Sequence record: PP400782
From: Escherichia phage FL31
Strand: one strand, 5' to 3'
Length of the DNA stretch: 64,000 nucleotides
The position numbers were made by a program, and so were the translations under genes. Every line of letters starts with the position of its first letter. The first letter of the stretch is position 1. Under the pieces are notes generated by a model. That model was not told where the DNA came from and searched no databases. It saw only the letters and a list, made by a program, of their open reading frames with translations. This document shows, piece after piece, positions 8,925-18,267 of the stretch.

Positions 8925-9940
8925 TGTGTTGCCTCAATATAAAGTTCGTTGGAATATTTGACCAGCGCTTCTCTGTCTTCGTCTGAGATATCTGGAATCG
9001 CGTCAATATATTCTTTAATGATATCTTGAAGTGATTTAATCTCGATTTCCTGGTCATCATCAGATTCAACACTGTTATCAACTTTAGAAACCATACGAAG
9101 AGAGTGAACTACTTTTTCAAGTTCAGATTCAAACTTAGTCAACTCTGAATCAATTTCTGATACTATAACACGTATGGCTAGATTAGTATAATCAGAATAA
9201 TTGATTTTGCCTTTAAACGGATAAGTGATTCGTCGATGCCATGTTGTTTCATTAGGAATAAATTCCATACGTTCAACATCAGTGTCAAATACCCAGAATC
9301 CGCGCGGGTCGTTCTCATCACCTGCAGTAAGGGTCCATGGTGTCCCAATATATTTGACGTTAGCAGCTTCAGAGATTGTGTGGAAGTGGCCGGACCAGAC
9401 TTGTTTATAGGTCTTTAAGAAATCAGGTTCAAGCCCATGAGACTTCATTCCTTTATAGAAATAAAAGCCATTCAGTTCCCAGTGCCCAACACAATACGCT
9501 GCGGAAGAAGTCTTGATGTGCTCTAAGATTTCACCTGTATTTTCTTCACACATCCATGGAACGATATCAATCAGACATCCGTCAAAATCTACGGTAGTTG
9601 GATGCTCGTAAATAGTAAAGTTTTCAAATTGAGTCAACAATTCAGAAATAGTGTTAGGTGTTATTGTATTCTTAAACGCCATGTCATGGTTTCCTATCGT
9701 GACATGAACGTGAATGCCTGCTTTAGAAATCATATCAACGATTTCACGATTGAATTCCATTGTACGATGTGTTATTGCTTTACGGACGTCAAACCAATCG
9801 CCGTACTGAATCCAAGTTTTAATCCCGTGTTTCTTAGAGTATTCAATTGCTTGACGAATACCATCACGTTGAATATCTTGAACCCATGGGTCGTCTTGTT
9901 TGACTCCGATATGGAAGTCGCCTAAGTGCAAAATTTTCAT
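8921..9940 (-). CDS. 47: Recombination endonuclease subunit gp47 (Mre11/SbcD-like phosphoesterase)
   Basis: 339 aa; MKILHLGDFH..., GNHD, GHWE, GHFH metallophosphatase motifs; T4 gp47-like. Confidence 0.95.
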   Translation of the reverse strand: MKILHLGDFHIGVKQDDPWVQDIQRDGIRQAIEYSKKHGIKTWIQYGDWFDVRKAITHRTMEFNREIVDMISKAGIHVHVTIGNHDMAFKNTITPNTISELLTQFENFTIYEHPTTVDFDGCLIDIVPWMCEENTGEILEHIKTSSAAYCVGHWELNGFYFYKGMKSHGLEPDFLKTYKQVWSGHFHTISEAANVKYIGTPWTLTAGDENDPRGFWVFDTDVERMEFIPNETTWHRRITYPFKGKINYSDYTNLAIRVIVSEIDSELTKFESELEKVVHSLRMVSKVDNSVESDDDQEIEIKSLQDIIKEYIDAIPDISDEDREALVKYSNELYIEATQ

Positions 9941-9992
9941 ATTATTTCCTCATTAGTTAATTCATTTTATCATCCGTTTATAAAGCAAAAAA

Positions 9993-10010
9993 GGAACTCC
10001 GAAGAGTTCC
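9993..10010 (-). terminator. Rho-independent terminator-like hairpin (UUCG loop) followed by U6 on the minus-strand transcript
   Basis: ggaactccgaagagttcc preceded on plus strand by aaaaaa; mRNA GGAACUC-UUCG-GAGUUCC-UUUUUU. Confidence 0.5.
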
Positions 10011-10183
10011 TATCCACATAGTACACCGTACAGAGGCTCATTTGAACTTTTAAATCGAATGGGCTTGTATGTAATAGTTCCTTCGGCTTTAGCTTTATCA
10101 TAAGACTCTTTAAAACGTCTCATTCTTTCTGCTTTGCCTTTACGGATTTTATCGAAATTTTCAGAAGTCGGGATGTTCGTCAT
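10010..10183 (-). CDS. Small hypothetical ORF (57 aa) not in the supplied track
   Basis: ATG at 10183 to TAG at 10012-10010 (MTNIPTSENFDKIRKGKAERMRRFKESYDK...), ends at the terminator hairpin. Confidence 0.3.
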   Translation of the reverse strand: MTNIPTSENFDKIRKGKAERMRRFKESYDKAKAEGTITYKPIRFKSSNEPLYGVLCG

Positions 10184-10222
10184 GCATAAGCACCTCTCAG
10201 AAAATGCCTAAATCAATTTCTC

Positions 10223-10429
10223 TCATCGTTTCCACCATTTCTTAACTTGAAATGAATCGGCCCACACGAGTTGTTTTGGGTCTGCCTTTACAATAGGCGG
10301 ACAAATTTCTGTAATAGAACCGTCGTGGTATTCCTTTTCAGAAATTTTAACACAAAGAGGACCTCCCAATTTAAGGGTGAACCCTGCGTTCAGCTTCAGA
10401 CGTTTAAACTTTATTTGAACTAGCGCCAT
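10223..10429 (-). CDS. Hypothetical small protein
   Basis: ORF in region where T4 carries a-gt; first ATG at 10429. Confidence 0.4.
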   Translation of the reverse strand: MALVQIKFKRLKLNAGFTLKLGGPLCVKISEKEYHDGSITEICPPIVKADPKQLVWADSFQVKKWWKR

Positions 10430-10727
10430 TAATGATGTCCTCAATAGCCTGACGAGTAGTAACCCACTGGATTTTAATTAACTTGTCATTGTATGGTTGT
10501 CGTAGAATATCCCGAGATTTCTTAATAGCATATTCGTAAGCTTCGAAGTTGTTTTGAATTGCTGCTTCTTGAGCATGAGCATAAAGACGGTTTAGTTCAA
10601 AACGATTCTTTTTAAGAATCTTTTCGGATTTTTTACGTGCTTCAGCTTCATTTTTCTTTTGGATTTCTTGTAGCATTTTAGCTACTGCATCTTCTGCTTC
10701 TTTATTTTCAATAATCTCGGTAGTCAT
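10404..10727 (-). CDS. Hypothetical protein, predicted helical/coiled-coil
   Basis: 107 aa ORF with ATG at 10727; K/E-rich. Confidence 0.5.
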   Translation of the reverse strand: MTTEIIENKEAEDAVAKMLQEIQKKNEAEARKKSEKILKKNRFELNRLYAHAQEAAIQNNFEAYEYAIKKSRDILRQPYNDKLIKIQWVTTRQAIEDIINGASSNKV

Positions 10728-10728
10728 A

Positions 10729-10944
10729 TTATCTCATTAAATTAAAATAAAAACGTCCGTCCTCTTCAATACAGAACTCGTACTCAACTGGAGTCCCATT
10801 TATCGAAAATGACACGTCATGTGGGTTCAAAGGGTCGATGTCAAAATTAATTTTAAATTCACGACCCAACAGTTTTACCAAATAAGGGATTGCTTCGTCA
10901 AAAGGTTCTTCTAAGTAGTTAGAGATGTCAATTGTCATCCTCAT
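10729..10944 (-). CDS. Hypothetical small protein immediately downstream of gene 55
   Basis: ATG at 10944/10938 overlapping the gene 55 stop; longer track ORF overlaps gene 55 out of frame. Confidence 0.4.
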   Translation of the reverse strand: MRMTIDISNYLEEPFDEAIPYLVKLLGREFKINFDIDPLNPHDVSFSINGTPVEYEFCIEEDGRFYFNLMR

Positions 10945-11485
10945 ATAAAAAATCCAAACTAGGCGAATCGCTAACAACTTCCTTCTTTTCAGCCCCAGGA
11001 GCTTTATAAGCGGATTCTTCATAATGCGTCATTTTATCGTAGATGTCTTGAATAAACGTTTCATCTACCAACGCTACCATATCATCGTCATGACTGTCGT
11101 AGACATTATGAACGAAGTAACTATATTTCTTTGCAACTTCCTTACGTTCTTTTTTGATACGTTGGACAAAAGCATTAAAACAAGCTCGAGTTATGTATGC
11201 ATGTGGGTTATTGTACTTAGTTTCGTCGAAATTATGAAGTCCCTTAATAGAGGCTTCAATCCCATCTGCAATCATCTCCTGCTTCCAAGACTGGGTATAT
11301 CCTGAAAAGTTGAAACGTTTGGACAGGCCTTCGGCGATAAGCATAATTGCTAAACCGATGGTATCATTCTGACGAATAATTTTGTTTGGGTCTTTATTAT
11401 TTAAGAGCTCCTTTTTCCACTCGATTATAGCGGCGAGAAGCTCTTTATTATTCACATAGTTATTTTTAGGTTTTTGTTCAGTCAT
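10928..11485 (-). CDS. 55: Late-transcription sigma factor gp55
   Basis: ATG at 11485 with GAGG RBS; [35 protein letters not shown]...[36 protein letters not shown] matches recalled T4 gp55. Confidence 0.9.
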   Translation of the reverse strand: MTEQKPKNNYVNNKELLAAIIEWKKELLNNKDPNKIIRQNDTIGLAIMLIAEGLSKRFNFSGYTQSWKQEMIADGIEASIKGLHNFDETKYNNPHAYITRACFNAFVQRIKKERKEVAKKYSYFVHNVYDSHDDDMVALVDETFIQDIYDKMTHYEESAYKAPGAEKKEVVSDSPSLDFLYEDDN

Positions 11486-11504
11486 AAGTACCTCTTGGCT
11501 CAAT

Positions 11505-11550
11505 TCATAGGTCTATTATATCATAATATTTAGAGACCTATCTTAAAGCA
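11505..11550 (-). promoter_or_regulatory. Middle-promoter-like element (MotA-box TGCTTTA) with inverted repeat, upstream of gene 55
   Basis: Minus strand TGCTTTAAGATAGGTCTCTAAATATTATGATATAATAGACCTAT; ATAGGTCT/AGACCTAT arms. Confidence 0.35.
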
Positions 11551-11640
11551 CGAGATACTATCAAAGATACGTAACTTTCATAAAGTTGTCGACTTAAAAT
11601 TCGCCCAGCTTTTCTTCAGTTATACTGATTCGAGTTAATT

Positions 11641-11868
11641 TCATTCTAGTTCCTTTGCTGCTTCAAGAGCAGCATCCAGCGAATCAAATTGGTCAACGAA
11701 ATCAATATTCAATGCATCGTCAACCGTAGCATATAACCACCATTGTTTGAATTCATATTCTAGAATAAATCCAGGACCTTCAATCTGAGGAAGACCTAGG
11801 CTATTTGTACCAACTTCGTAACCAGCTAGACGCAGGTCATTAATCAAAGTTTCTGTTAATACGCTCAT
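11641..11868 (-). CDS. Hypothetical acidic small protein
   Basis: 75 aa ORF, co-oriented and tightly packed. Confidence 0.5.
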   Translation of the reverse strand: MSVLTETLINDLRLAGYEVGTNSLGLPQIEGPGFILEYEFKQWWLYATVDDALNIDFVDQFDSLDAALEAAKELE

Positions 11869-12197
11869 TTTACCGCCTTAACAATTTTAAGGTCAACGAA
11901 TTTTTTCTTACGTTGATTTTTCATACGACGGATAGTTTTTTCAGAGATTTCATGTTTCTGATAAGCTTTAGATTCAACACCAAATGCAGCAACGTCAAAT
12001 TCAGAAAGAATATATTGTACTAGAATTTCGCGAATAGAATTACGTCCAATTTTCTGGTCGTGTTTTTGCATGATTTCATAAAGACGGAATTCCCACGCGT
12101 CAAGAACTTGAGGAGTAACAATATTGCCGGATTCCAGAAGAGCAACAACTTTATCGAAAGCGAAAGAATTAACTACGTTTTTGATTTTAGTAGACAT
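11865..12197 (-). CDS. Hypothetical protein
   Basis: ATG at 12197 with GAGGAAA RBS (track N-terminus extends into the promoter cassette). Confidence 0.5.
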   Translation of the reverse strand: MSTKIKNVVNSFAFDKVVALLESGNIVTPQVLDAWEFRLYEIMQKHDQKIGRNSIREILVQYILSEFDVAAFGVESKAYQKHEISEKTIRRMKNQRKKKFVDLKIVKAVK

Positions 12198-12216
12198 ATT
12201 ATTTTCCTCGGTTATT

Positions 12217-12264
12217 TTATTATCCAATGAGAGCATTATACTCTGCTCTCAAGAGTTTGTAAAT
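12217..12264 (-). repeat. PeSL-like early promoter cassette; 48-nt copy A (47/48 identical to 40375-40422)
   Basis: Minus strand ATTTACA-N17-TATAAT with GAGAGCA/TGCTCTC inverted repeat flanking the -10. Confidence 0.6.
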
Positions 12265-12266
12265 CG

Positions 12267-12479
12267 TTATCCGAACTTTTTAGCGCCTTTCCAGCCTTCG
12301 TACATAACTGCGCAAGTCAATAGCACAGCATGTTGGCATTCTTTGTATTTGTAAATCCAGAACCAGCGTAAGAAGTCTTCATCCTCAACACCGTTGAGTT
12401 TCATGTTGGCAAAGAATTCGGCACGTTCTTCACGAAGCTTTTGCGATAACATAGATTCAGGATTCATTTTGTATTCCAC
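12267..12479 (-). CDS. Hypothetical small protein
   Basis: 70 aa ORF. Confidence 0.45.
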   Translation of the reverse strand: MEYKMNPESMLSQKLREERAEFFANMKLNGVEDEDFLRWFWIYKYKECQHAVLLTCAVMYEGWKGAKKFG

Positions 12480-12691
12480 ACCCCATTTTCATCGATGAAC
12501 TTAATCCAGTCATTTACAGACCATTTAGTTGTATCGCCCTTTGGATTAACATTTAAAGTATATAATCCCTGCTTAAAAAGCATTCGTTTGATATTCATAA
12601 TTTCCTCAACTGTAACGATAACATTCGTTAGCTTTACGTTTGGCTTCAGTATGAGAAGTATTATAATCATAATCTTCTTTACTGTAAACAT
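12464..12691 (-). CDS. Hypothetical small protein
   Basis: 75 aa ORF. Confidence 0.45.
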   Translation of the reverse strand: MFTVKKIMIIILLILKPNVKLTNVIVTVEEIMNIKRMLFKQGLYTLNVNPKGDTTKWSVNDWIKFIDENGVWNTK

Positions 12692-12950
12692 CTTTTTTCA
12701 ACTTACGAACTTCTTTGCGGAGTTGTCGATTCATTTCATTCTTGACTTCAGAATCAACGCCTTTCATACGTTTCCATTTATCTGAGCGGAAAATGTTTTC
12801 AACCATGTCTTTGTGGCTAACACCGTCAGGAGCTTTACGTTTACCCATGTAATAAAAATCTTTAGAAGACAAATCTTTACGACGATACATTTTACCCATA
12901 AGTACCTCAGAGATTGATTTCAATGATACGTTTGATATACTGCACATCAC
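12606..12950 (-). CDS. Hypothetical basic protein
   Basis: 114 aa ORF overlapping the previous one in another frame; start uncertain. Confidence 0.4.
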   Translation of the reverse strand: MMCSISNVSLKSISEVLMGKMYRRKDLSSKDFYYMGKRKAPDGVSHKDMVENIFRSDKWKRMKGVDSEVKNEMNRQLRKEVRKLKKDVYSKEDYDYNTSHTEAKRKANECYRYS

Positions 12951-13155
12951 TTACTGAAAGGTCTTTAAGACCAATTGATTCTAAACGTTGTGCAAATGTT
13001 AACATATGGGTGAAGTCCAATTGCGTTTTAGTCATTTGATAAGTGTGAATGCCATTAGCAATTTCAACCTTCAAATCGTTAATGGTGACGAAAATCATTC
13101 GTTCATCATTCATGTTAAGAACTAGAACAACTTTCTTTGAATCTAAACTAATCAT
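12907..13155 (-). CDS. Hypothetical small protein
   Basis: 82 aa ORF. Confidence 0.45.
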   Translation of the reverse strand: MISLDSKKVVLVLNMNDERMIFVTINDLKVEIANGIHTYQMTKTQLDFTHMLTFAQRLESIGLKDLSVSDVQYIKRIIEINL

Positions 13156-13496
13156 GGCTTAATTTCCTTCGCAATTGAACAGAAGATACCACGGTCACAA
13201 AGCATTTCACCAATTTCTGGATATTTGATTGAATGGTACCAAACATCCAGGCTTGAAACTCTGGTTATCTGTACTGCATTACCGTTGACAGAATAGTACT
13301 GGTCAACCTTAATTTCTTTATCTTCAATTGCCATTTTGTTTTCCTCTGTGGTAGATGGTGCTAATCTTAACATATCTATCGAGGATGTAAACTGTTTTAT
13401 GAAAATATTTTCAATTTGGGAGGGGCACAAGGAGATAGTGAAGTGAAGATTCCAATGGATTATATTAGAAATGAGATAAAGAAGACCAGGCGGCAC
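13152..13496 (-). CDS. Hypothetical protein
   Basis: 114 aa ORF; start uncertain. Confidence 0.4.
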   Translation of the reverse strand: MPPGLLYLISNIIHWNLHFTISLCPSQIENIFIKQFTSSIDMLRLAPSTTEENKMAIEDKEIKVDQYYSVNGNAVQITRVSSLDVWYHSIKYPEIGEMLCDRGIFCSIAKEIKP

Positions 13497-13500
13497 CTGG

Positions 13501-13809
13501 TCAATCTTCTATGATATCAAAGTCATATCCTAATGAAATCAAGGACTTTTTAAACTCTGCAATATTCTTTTGTTTCTTATCATTTAAAAATATGACAGGA
13601 TAACGAATATTAAGTGAAGTGAATCCTGCACGTTTAGCAAGAGATACGATTAAAGGACGGTCATATTCAATCTTACCATTATTAGTGAGGACTTTATAAA
13701 ATGTATAAGGAACATTGAGCTCCTTTAAAAGTTTTGTAACAGTATAACATCCTGGACAACGTCCTACTTCTTCAGGGATGCCATAAATTTCAATCTTGTT
13801 GTGTTCCAC
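13501..13809 (-). CDS. nrdH: Glutaredoxin-like protein NrdH
   Basis: 102 aa with CPGC redox motif; adjacent to nrdG/nrdD. Confidence 0.65.
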   Translation of the reverse strand: MEHNKIEIYGIPEEVGRCPGCYTVTKLLKELNVPYTFYKVLTNNGKIEYDRPLIVSLAKRAGFTSLNIRYPVIFLNDKKQKNIAEFKKSLISLGYDFDIIED

Positions 13810-13811
13810 AA

Positions 13812-14024
13812 TTATTCCTTGCCAAGAACAGAATTCAGTTTATTAGTAATTTTGTCCAAACGTTCATTGAATTCGCTGGAGGATAAACCCTTTTCCGGAG
13901 AAATTAAACTAATCACGAAAAATACAACAGTAAAAGGAATAAGAAAAATAGCTCCAACTGCCATAAACGAAAAGAACGTTACAGTTGTAAGAAAATCAGC
14001 TAAACCTTTACGAAATTTATACAT
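13812..14024 (-). CDS. Small membrane protein
   Basis: 70 aa with one long hydrophobic helix (FFSFMAVGAIFLIPFTVVFFVISLI). Confidence 0.45.
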   Translation of the reverse strand: MYKFRKGLADFLTTVTFFSFMAVGAIFLIPFTVVFFVISLISPEKGLSSSEFNERLDKITNKLNSVLGKE

Positions 14025-14134
14025 ATTTACCCTTAATTAACTAAGCATTGATAAGCACTAAACTATATTGCGAATAAAATTCTGGACCAAAACGAAAAAT
14101 CATATCATTTATAGTATCCATAATGTAATTCAAT

Positions 14135-14605
14135 TTAATCATGTTTCCACACCCCATCGGTATTTGACCAAAGTCGCTGATTATCTGATCCTCGCCACAG
14201 TTTTTTGGTCGGAAGATTTTTCTCATACTTCCCATCAATAATAACATCAACATATTTAAGCATTTCTAGTTGTTTAATATCTTCAAACTTATATCCTGTC
14301 CACAACCAAATGCTTTTATTGGGATAAAGATTTTTAATAGTTTGAACCACAGAGTGAATCACATCTCTGTTATCAGGATAGAGAGGGTCTCCTCCGGTTA
14401 TAGTCAATCCTTCTATATAATCATTATTCAAGCATTCAATCAATTGTTCTAGTGTTTCACCAGTGAATGGAATACCATTTCTAGCATTCCATGTTGATTT
14501 ATTATAACACCCTTCGCATTTATGCAAACAACCTGTGACGAAAAGAACGACCCTGCAACCAGGGCCATTCACAAAATCACAAGGATAAAATCTATCATAA
14601 TTCAT
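14135..14605 (-). CDS. nrdG: Anaerobic ribonucleotide reductase activating protein NrdG (radical SAM)
   Basis: 156 aa; CxxxCxxC cluster (CLHKCEGCYN), GGDP motif. Confidence 0.9.
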   Translation of the reverse strand: MNYDRFYPCDFVNGPGCRVVLFVTGCLHKCEGCYNKSTWNARNGIPFTGETLEQLIECLNNDYIEGLTITGGDPLYPDNRDVIHSVVQTIKNLYPNKSIWLWTGYKFEDIKQLEMLKYVDVIIDGKYEKNLPTKKLWRGSDNQRLWSNTDGVWKHD

Positions 14606-16419
14606 TGGTGTTTAACCCTATGCATGATTTCTTTATTTTTACCGAGATTAAATCCACGTTCGTTCGGATTTCCCAAATAACCGCATGTTCTTCTTATGGT
14701 GTTCATCTTTTTAGGATCAGTTTCTCCGCAAACTGAACAAACAAATCCATTTTCAGTAGGAGTCATCTCATGGGTACTTCCACACGTAAAACATTTATCT
14801 ACTGGCATATTAACACCAAAATAATCTAAATGTTGTGCAGCATAATCCCAGACGGCCTCAAGTCCTTTTAAGTTATTTTTCATATCAGGAAGTTCAACAT
14901 AAGAAATGTGACCACCTGTCGCAATGAAATGATATGGCGCTTCACGAGAAATCTTTTCAAACGGAGTAATATTTTCTTCTACTGAAACATGGAAACTATT
15001 AGTGTACCAGCCTTTATCAGTGACATCCTTTACACTTCCATATTTTTCTGTATCAAGTTTACAGAAGCGATAACAAAGGTTTTCAGCAGGAGTCGAATAT
15101 AAACTAAAAGCAAATCCAGTTCTTTCAGTCCACTGTTTAAGATGAGCATTCATTTTAGTTAAAATTTCTTGCCCAATATCGCGACCGACAAGAATATTCA
15201 ATTCGTGAATACCAATGTATCCCAAAGACACTGAACTTCTACCGTTTTTAAATAACTCAATTATGTCGTCATCAGGTTTAAGACGAACCCCGAATGCACC
15301 TTCTTGGTAAAGAATAGGAGCTACAGTTGCTTTAACACCCTTTAAAGAACTAATTCTGCACATCAAGGCTTCAAAACACAGGTCCATTCGCTCATCAAAC
15401 AATTCAGTAAATTTCTGTTCATTGAACTGTGTTCCAATATAAGAATCTAACGCGATACGAGGAAGATTCAGTGTTACAACACCAAGATTATTGCGTCCAT
15501 CAAGAATTTCATTGCCAGTTGAATCTTTCCATACGCTCAAGAAACTACGGCAGCCCATTGGAGAAACTGGAACTGAAGAACCGGTAATAGCTTTATTATT
15601 CTTAGCTGAAATAATATCAGGATACATCCTTTTGCTTGCGCACTCTAAAGCAAGTTGCTTAATGTCGTAATTCGGATCGTCTTTATAAAGATTAACGCCT
15701 TCTTCAACGAACATAACAAGCTTAGGGAAAATAGGAGTTATTCCATCACGACCAAGGCCTTTAATACGATTTTTCAGAATTGCTTTCTGAATCATTCGTT
15801 CAGTCCAGTCAGTTCCTGTTCCAAATGTTATAGTAACAAAAGGAGTTTGACCGTTTGAGCTAAAAAGAGTATTTACTTCATACTCATAAGCTTGAAATGC
15901 GTCATAGACATCTTTTTCTGTTTTGGATTGAGCATAATTCAACGCATCGGCGATTTGCCATTTTTCTGCATCCTCAATATGTTTTGCATAGGTGCGTTTA
16001 ACATAAGGAGAAAGTACTTTATCTACATTAGCAAAAGTCGTTCCGCCATATTGGTGAGAAGCAACCTGTGCAGTAATTTGTGCCATAATTGCAGTAGCAA
16101 CGCCAATTGATTTAGGAGTTTCAATCTGTGCATTACCAAGCTTAAATCCGTTCTCAAGCATTCCTTTTAAATCTACTAAACAGCAATTAGTAAATGGAAG
16201 AGCAGGGGAATAATCAATATCGTGGAAATGGATAATTCCGCTTTCATGTGCTTTCATAATAAAAGACGGGACCATATTTTTGGCAATGTGTTTAGACACA
16301 ATACCAGCCATAAGGTCCCGTTGAGTTGGAAAAACACGAGAATCTTTATTAGCATTCTCGTTTAAAAGGTCTTTATTAGTTTTATTAATCAGTCCTTCAA
16401 TTTCTTTTTCAATTTTCAT
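14602..16419 (-). CDS. nrdD: Anaerobic ribonucleoside-triphosphate reductase NrdD, uninterrupted
   Basis: 605 aa continuous ORF; C-terminal zinc-ribbon CFTCGSTHEM...CSVCG and glycyl radical motif RRTCGYLG. Confidence 0.95.
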   Translation of the reverse strand: MKIEKEIEGLINKTNKDLLNENANKDSRVFPTQRDLMAGIVSKHIAKNMVPSFIMKAHESGIIHFHDIDYSPALPFTNCCLVDLKGMLENGFKLGNAQIETPKSIGVATAIMAQITAQVASHQYGGTTFANVDKVLSPYVKRTYAKHIEDAEKWQIADALNYAQSKTEKDVYDAFQAYEYEVNTLFSSNGQTPFVTITFGTGTDWTERMIQKAILKNRIKGLGRDGITPIFPKLVMFVEEGVNLYKDDPNYDIKQLALECASKRMYPDIISAKNNKAITGSSVPVSPMGCRSFLSVWKDSTGNEILDGRNNLGVVTLNLPRIALDSYIGTQFNEQKFTELFDERMDLCFEALMCRISSLKGVKATVAPILYQEGAFGVRLKPDDDIIELFKNGRSSVSLGYIGIHELNILVGRDIGQEILTKMNAHLKQWTERTGFAFSLYSTPAENLCYRFCKLDTEKYGSVKDVTDKGWYTNSFHVSVEENITPFEKISREAPYHFIATGGHISYVELPDMKNNLKGLEAVWDYAAQHLDYFGVNMPVDKCFTCGSTHEMTPTENGFVCSVCGETDPKKMNTIRRTCGYLGNPNERGFNLGKNKEIMHRVKHQ

Positions 16420-16889
16420 TTTAAACTCTTTCTAAGCTGCTTCTTAAATGAAGTTATTAACTGTGTTTTAGTATCAGATTCATTATATTCAAATCCTCTT
16501 TGAAGCATCTCGGTCATCATTTCCTCTTTACCTAGTCTTGAGAACTCTTTAGTTTTGTCTGGAACAAAATTAGGATGGATATTATTATCAGAATAATCTT
16601 GTTTCAAATAAGCAAGAAGAGCTTCAAGCCATTCGAGGTAGTCGACATCACGACCTTTAAGACCAGAACGGTTGAACTTATGCTTCATTTGGCCTTCTGC
16701 TGCGTTGCACAGATTACAGAGTAATCCACGAACTCTACCGGCTTTTGGCCCGTTTAACTCGTGGTCGTGGTCAAGATGGTTACCTTGAACATCAGGGTCT
16801 AATTCACGGTGGCAAATAGGACACTTACCGTTCTGTGCATCATAAAATTTTTGTTTTTCTTCTTTATATTTTGCGCCTGATAATAACAT
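16416..16889 (-). CDS. 49: Endonuclease VII (Holliday junction resolvase) gp49
   Basis: 157 aa; MLLSGAKYKEEKQKFYDAQNGKCPICHRELD...HLDHDHELNGPKAG matches recalled T4 endo VII. Confidence 0.95.
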   Translation of the reverse strand: MLLSGAKYKEEKQKFYDAQNGKCPICHRELDPDVQGNHLDHDHELNGPKAGRVRGLLCNLCNAAEGQMKHKFNRSGLKGRDVDYLEWLEALLAYLKQDYSDNNIHPNFVPDKTKEFSRLGKEEMMTEMLQRGFEYNESDTKTQLITSFKKQLRKSLK

Positions 16890-16924
16890 GATAAACCCTT
16901 ACCTTAAATAGATAAGGGTATTTA

Positions 16925-17350
16925 TTAACTTAAACGTCTTTCTAAATATTCAATGTATTCTGCGGCTGCTTGCATCAGGTTACCTTCATAGCCGTCGTTA
17001 TTTTCTTGTCCGGCTAATTTAGCTAATGCATAAGAAATTCGTTCACCTTCGAATTCGCCAAGTTTACTACCTAGCACATCCGCAATATCAGCCGAATCAA
17101 TTTCTTCGAGTTCATCTATTGAATGTGATTCCCAGAAGCACCAAAGAGAAGTATCACGGTCATAGATGCAAAGTTTCTCACCAGTGTTCAACATCACTTC
17201 AATAATGCCATGGTCGCCATAACCATCTTCGGTCGTAGTACCAATTACCTTGATGATTGTTCCTTTCTTTAATTCAGGAAACTTGACTTGTAGTTCTTCA
17301 TCTTCTTTAACAATCTTGAACCATTTACCACGTGTGTCAGAAATATTCAT
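16925..17350 (-). CDS. Hypothetical acidic protein (position of T4 pin; identity unverified)
   Basis: ATG at 17350 with GAGGA RBS; the longer track ORF to 17488 may be an N-terminal over-extension. Confidence 0.4.
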   Translation of the reverse strand: MNISDTRGKWFKIVKEDEELQVKFPELKKGTIIKVIGTTTEDGYGDHGIIEVMLNTGEKLCIYDRDTSLWCFWESHSIDELEEIDSADIADVLGSKLGEFEGERISYALAKLAGQENNDGYEGNLMQAAAEYIEYLERRLS

Positions 17351-17650
17351 ATCAATATCCTCTATAAAAGTTGCGATGCGTGCGTTTCGCTTTGCGAAGC
17401 TGACGTTTAGTTGGTCGAACCGTAAATGGTTGTCCAGAGAAAAAATTCGGATCGGTTTTAATAAGCAAATACCAATCATGTTTGCCATTTTTTAATAAAC
17501 GGTACAATAATTTAACTTGCATAATAATCTCTTCCCATTTCCAAATCAATCATATCGTTTACTGTAGGTTCATCATAACACGTTTCTTCGTCGTTGTAAA
17601 CTGTTTCGACGTCTGGCTCGACAGTTTCCCATCGAGCCGAATACCATGGC

Positions 17651-18007
17651 TTAACCACGGAGTTTATTGAGCTCTTCATAATCAATCCAGGATTCTAGCC
17701 CTGACGGCAGGTCACATTCAATGTTCCACAGAAGCTCTTCAATGGCTTGCAGGCGATTATATTCTTCAACGGTAATGGTAACCATTGGTGCAACCGGTTC
17801 TGCCTTTTTAACCATCATGTCGTTCATCAGGACGTAAAGGTCATCACGAACGACAGTGTCGTTCCAACCCCATGATTTGGCTTCGTAAGCTAATGATGAA
17901 GGGAGCACATTTAAAACTTCAATAATAGTTGGAGCATCAGGACCAAGTTCATTGGCACAAACTTCGTATACATCTTGGAAATCTTTAAGATTTAATGAAT
18001 ATGTCAT
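17651..18007 (-). CDS. Hypothetical protein
   Basis: 118 aa ORF between nrdC and gene 49 region. Confidence 0.5.
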   Translation of the reverse strand: MTYSLNLKDFQDVYEVCANELGPDAPTIIEVLNVLPSSLAYEAKSWGWNDTVVRDDLYVLMNDMMVKKAEPVAPMVTITVEEYNRLQAIEELLWNIECDLPSGLESWIDYEELNKLRG

Positions 18008-18267
18008 TTAAAATATTCTCGCAGTTGGTCAAATCCACCAATATGTCTTCCATCAGGAGCAAATACCTGAGGCATAGTCAATCCAACTTGTGATTCACGT
18101 CCTAGTTTATTCAGAAGCTCGTCAATTTTTTCTTCATCAAATACACCTTTCTCTGGCATCACGTTAATGAATTCGAACGGCTGTTTCTTAACAGTCAGCA
18201 ATCGTTTCGCATTATCACAATAAATGCATTTATGAATAGTAGAGTCATACCCGTACACTTTAAACAT
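18004..18267 (-). CDS. nrdC: Thioredoxin/glutaredoxin NrdC
   Basis: ATG at 18267; MFKVYGYDSTIHKCIYCDNAKRLLTVKKQPFEFINVMPEKG matches recalled T4 NrdC. Confidence 0.9.
   Translation of the reverse strand: MFKVYGYDSTIHKCIYCDNAKRLLTVKKQPFEFINVMPEKGVFDEEKIDELLNKLGRESQVGLTMPQVFAPDGRHIGGFDQLREYFK

Noticed and set aside
14602-16419. Group I intron or mob gene in or next to nrdD
   Set aside because: The nrdD ORF is continuous over 605 codons and nrdG abuts it; no intervening structured non-coding segment.
16925-17488. 187-codon form of the ORF upstream of gene 49
   Set aside because: The N-terminal 46 codons lack an RBS and overlap another frame's ORF (17352-17549); an internal ATG at 17350 with a GAGGA RBS is the more likely start.
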